From assembly GCA_943704425.1 (NCBI GenBank), contig CALSCP010000334.1, forward strand, positions 1 through 37,496: a stretch of 37,496 nt of DNA, given 5' to 3'. Position 1 is the first letter of the stretch; the number at the start of each line of letters is the position of its first letter. Positions 35,320 to 37,496 of the stretch are shown here, piece by piece. A program made the position numbers and the translations under genes. Source of the DNA: Ministeria vibrans ATCC 50519. Taxonomy: Eukaryota > Protista > Filasterea. Under the pieces are notes generated by a model. That model was not told where the DNA came from, made no database searches, and saw only the letters and a program-made list of their open reading frames with translations.

Positions 35320-36272
35320 ATGGCAGCTCCCGAGTTTCACACCAACTTCTGGGTAAAAAAAACATTGACGTTTTTCTTTCTCGCTTCTCCCTCGCGCCTA
35401 CACGGCGTCTTACAGCCCACTTTTAACACGCAGCATCTTCATACAGGTTGGACACGGTTTTGACGACCTCAAAGCGCACACACGAACAGGACTGAGTCAC
35501 TGCGAGGTCAGAGAAGAAAAAAAAATCAACACCTTCCCGAAAACACAACACTCTGCCCGATTCTCGCTGAACTTGGCACCACTACCACCTTGTGTTGTTG
35601 TTGCTGGACGAATCCTCGACGTTCCATCGTCCAACAGTGTCTCATTCGCGCGAAATCGACATCGCGATTTTTTTATGTTTTGGGCAAAATGTCGATTGCG
35701 TTTTTGTGTTCTGTCTGTGTTGAGGAGAGATTGTGGGTGGCCACGCCTGCGCGAGAGACACACTCTTGTGAGTTGGGCTGTGTTGCCGTTGAGCCGCGAC
35801 GACGAATGATGACTCTTGTTTTCACTTGGAGGAGAAAGAAAAAAACGAGACAGACTGATTTTTTTTTCTACCTGTTTTCTGCCGTTTTGCTCGACAGGCT
35901 ATTTCTGGGATTCTTCGAGAGCGCGCTTCTATCTCGGCGGACTACGCCAAGTCACTGCTCAAGCTGGGGAACAAAGTGGAAGGCACAGGGAAAGACATGC
36001 TCGGGTACAGAGACGATCAAACGTATGCGAACTCACACAAGCACGATTGTCTTGGTCTGTATAGCACTCTGAAAGCATCTTGGACCGAGTTTAAGGCACA
36101 GCTGGAGGGTGAAGCACGATGGCACCAGGATATGGCGAAGAAAGTGGTGGAGACACTGGCAGATCCACTTGTGGGATTCCGAAAGGAGCAGAAGAAGGAA
36201 CGAAAGCCCATCGAGGCATATGTTGACAAGGCACACAGTGAGCTCATTGAGGCGCGCTCGCAAGAGCAGAAG
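35320..36272 (+). CDS. F-BAR (FCH) domain protein, 5' part only
   Basis: MAAPEFHTNFW|, GWTRFDDLKAHTRTGLSHCE|, ILRERASISADYAKSLLKL, STLKASWTEFKAQLEGEARWHQDMAKKVVETLADPL; ends at a donor (gtatag) running into (TA)n. No further exons found. Confidence 0.75.
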
Positions 36273-36277
36273 GTATA

Positions 36278-36278
<1 letters not shown>

Positions 36279-36331
<53 letters not shown>
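36279..36331. repeat. (TA)n microsatellite
   Basis: Pure ta run. Confidence 0.97.
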
Positions 36332-36333
<2 letters not shown>

Positions 36334-36567
36334 AGCAGCCGCTTCGGAGGGCTAGATTATCTCGAACTTTGAAGCTTTCATCCAAGGGTTTTCCAAAAAA
36401 TGTCTGGGGCTCTGGGCCAGGGAAAATCGAGCCCTTTGTCTGGCGAGCAGAAATCAGTCGTACTGATGGTTGGCTCACTCGACTGTCCGGGGTGTCCAGC
36501 GTGTCTAGTTTCGGCGGTGCTCAATTTTTGTTCAAAATCGAGACTCGACGTGAGATGAAGGTCAAGC

Positions 36568-37472
36568 CAGGAGGGCCGTGGCATTGGCATTGGGAATAAG
36601 ATGAAGGCGTACTACTATCAACAGATGGCGCTGTACAATACGGTGCAGGCGAACCGTGCGCTGGGGCTGCCCGACGATGCGCGCTCTTACGTGGCCGTAC
36701 GCGACATCCTTGCCTACTTCCAGATCGCCAGCATCCGCTTGCTTACGAACAACCCTCGCAAAGTGCACGAGCTCACCAAGTTGGGTGTTGCCGTTGCCGA
36801 ACGTGTCCCACATGTCGTCGACCAAGCGCAGAGCCCTCTTTGTGCCAAGTATCTCCACGACAAGGCCGTCTCCATGGGCCACGCCATCCCGTCCTCCGCC
36901 TACCAAGATCTCTTCACACAGTCTTGTTTCTCCGACACGGTGCGCTTCTACGAACCCGACGCTCCCAACGGCTTCCTCTCCAACTTCTACCCCAGCCCTA
37001 TTGTCATTGGCACACACTCCTATCCGACCGTCGAGCACTTTTACCAGAGCGAAAAGTTCACTCTGGCGTCGCCCGTGCGCCTTCGCGTCGCCTCAGCACC
37101 CACTCCACGCGCCTGTTTTGATCTGGCGCACGAGCACAGTAACGCAGTACGCAAAGATTGGCCTATTGTCCAACAGCGCGTCATGTGGCGCGGCATTATC
37201 CACAAATTCAAGCAACACGCACAAGTATACAACAGTTGTTTCATGACAAATATGATAATAATTGTTGTAACACTGATGCTTTTTTTTTCTCTCAGCTGCG
37301 CAGCCAGTTACTGGCGACGGGCGACGCATGCATTCTCGAGGCAAGTCCCGTTGATGCTGTGTGGGGCACAGGTGCAGACGGTACAGGCGCAAACATGCTC
37401 GGGAGAATGCTCGTAAACATCAGAGAAGCGCTGAGAGAACACGTTTTTGATGTGGACAATCCTCTCGAGTGA
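36568..37472 (+). CDS. ribA: GTP cyclohydrolase II (RibA, C-terminal half) fused to NADAR/YbiA (DUF1768) N-glycosidase; 5' incomplete
   Basis: QEGRGIGIGNKMKAY, NTVQANRALG..DARSY, IRLLTNNPRK, YLHDKAVSMGH (RibA), then FLSNFYPS, YPTVEHFYQSEKF, RKDW, KFKQH|LRSQLLATG, EASPVDAVWG, GANMLGRMLVNIR (NADAR). Intron 37225-37295. Confidence 0.88.
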
Positions 37473-37496
37473 ATGATACAAAAATCAACCATAATA

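Overview
Gene-dense, intron-containing eukaryotic DNA rich in (CT)n/(CA)n/(AAT)n microsatellites, probably from a unicellular opisthokont or holozoan-like protist (inferred, not established). Conserved genes: TMEM164-like at the left, then from ~18 kb an HMG20-like gene, an EF-hand purple acid phosphatase, MMS19, NAD-IDH alpha, a TLC-domain protein, KIAA0930/DUF2045, RNF10, the 5' part of an F-BAR gene and a 5'-incomplete RibA-NADAR fusion. An accessory block at ~1.8-16.2 kb holds four unusual elements. (1) A spliced ~1050-aa caspase-like (C14) protease with candidate nucleoside-phosphorylase-like and TRADD-N-like domains. (2) A co-oriented pair of divergent paralogous GTPase+HSP20-domain genes, one with a myristoylation motif and one with a degenerate G3. 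(3) A secreted EGF protein with a bacterial-type DUF3494 ice-binding domain inserted inside an EGF repeat. (4) A collectin-like protein with a collagen segment and a tail-fibre/H-lectin-like head. The caspase plus GTPase-HSP20 cluster is the best candidate for an undescribed immunity/cell-death system. All gene models were spliced by eye using GT-AG sites and phase checks; domain calls are from motif recognition, with no database searches.
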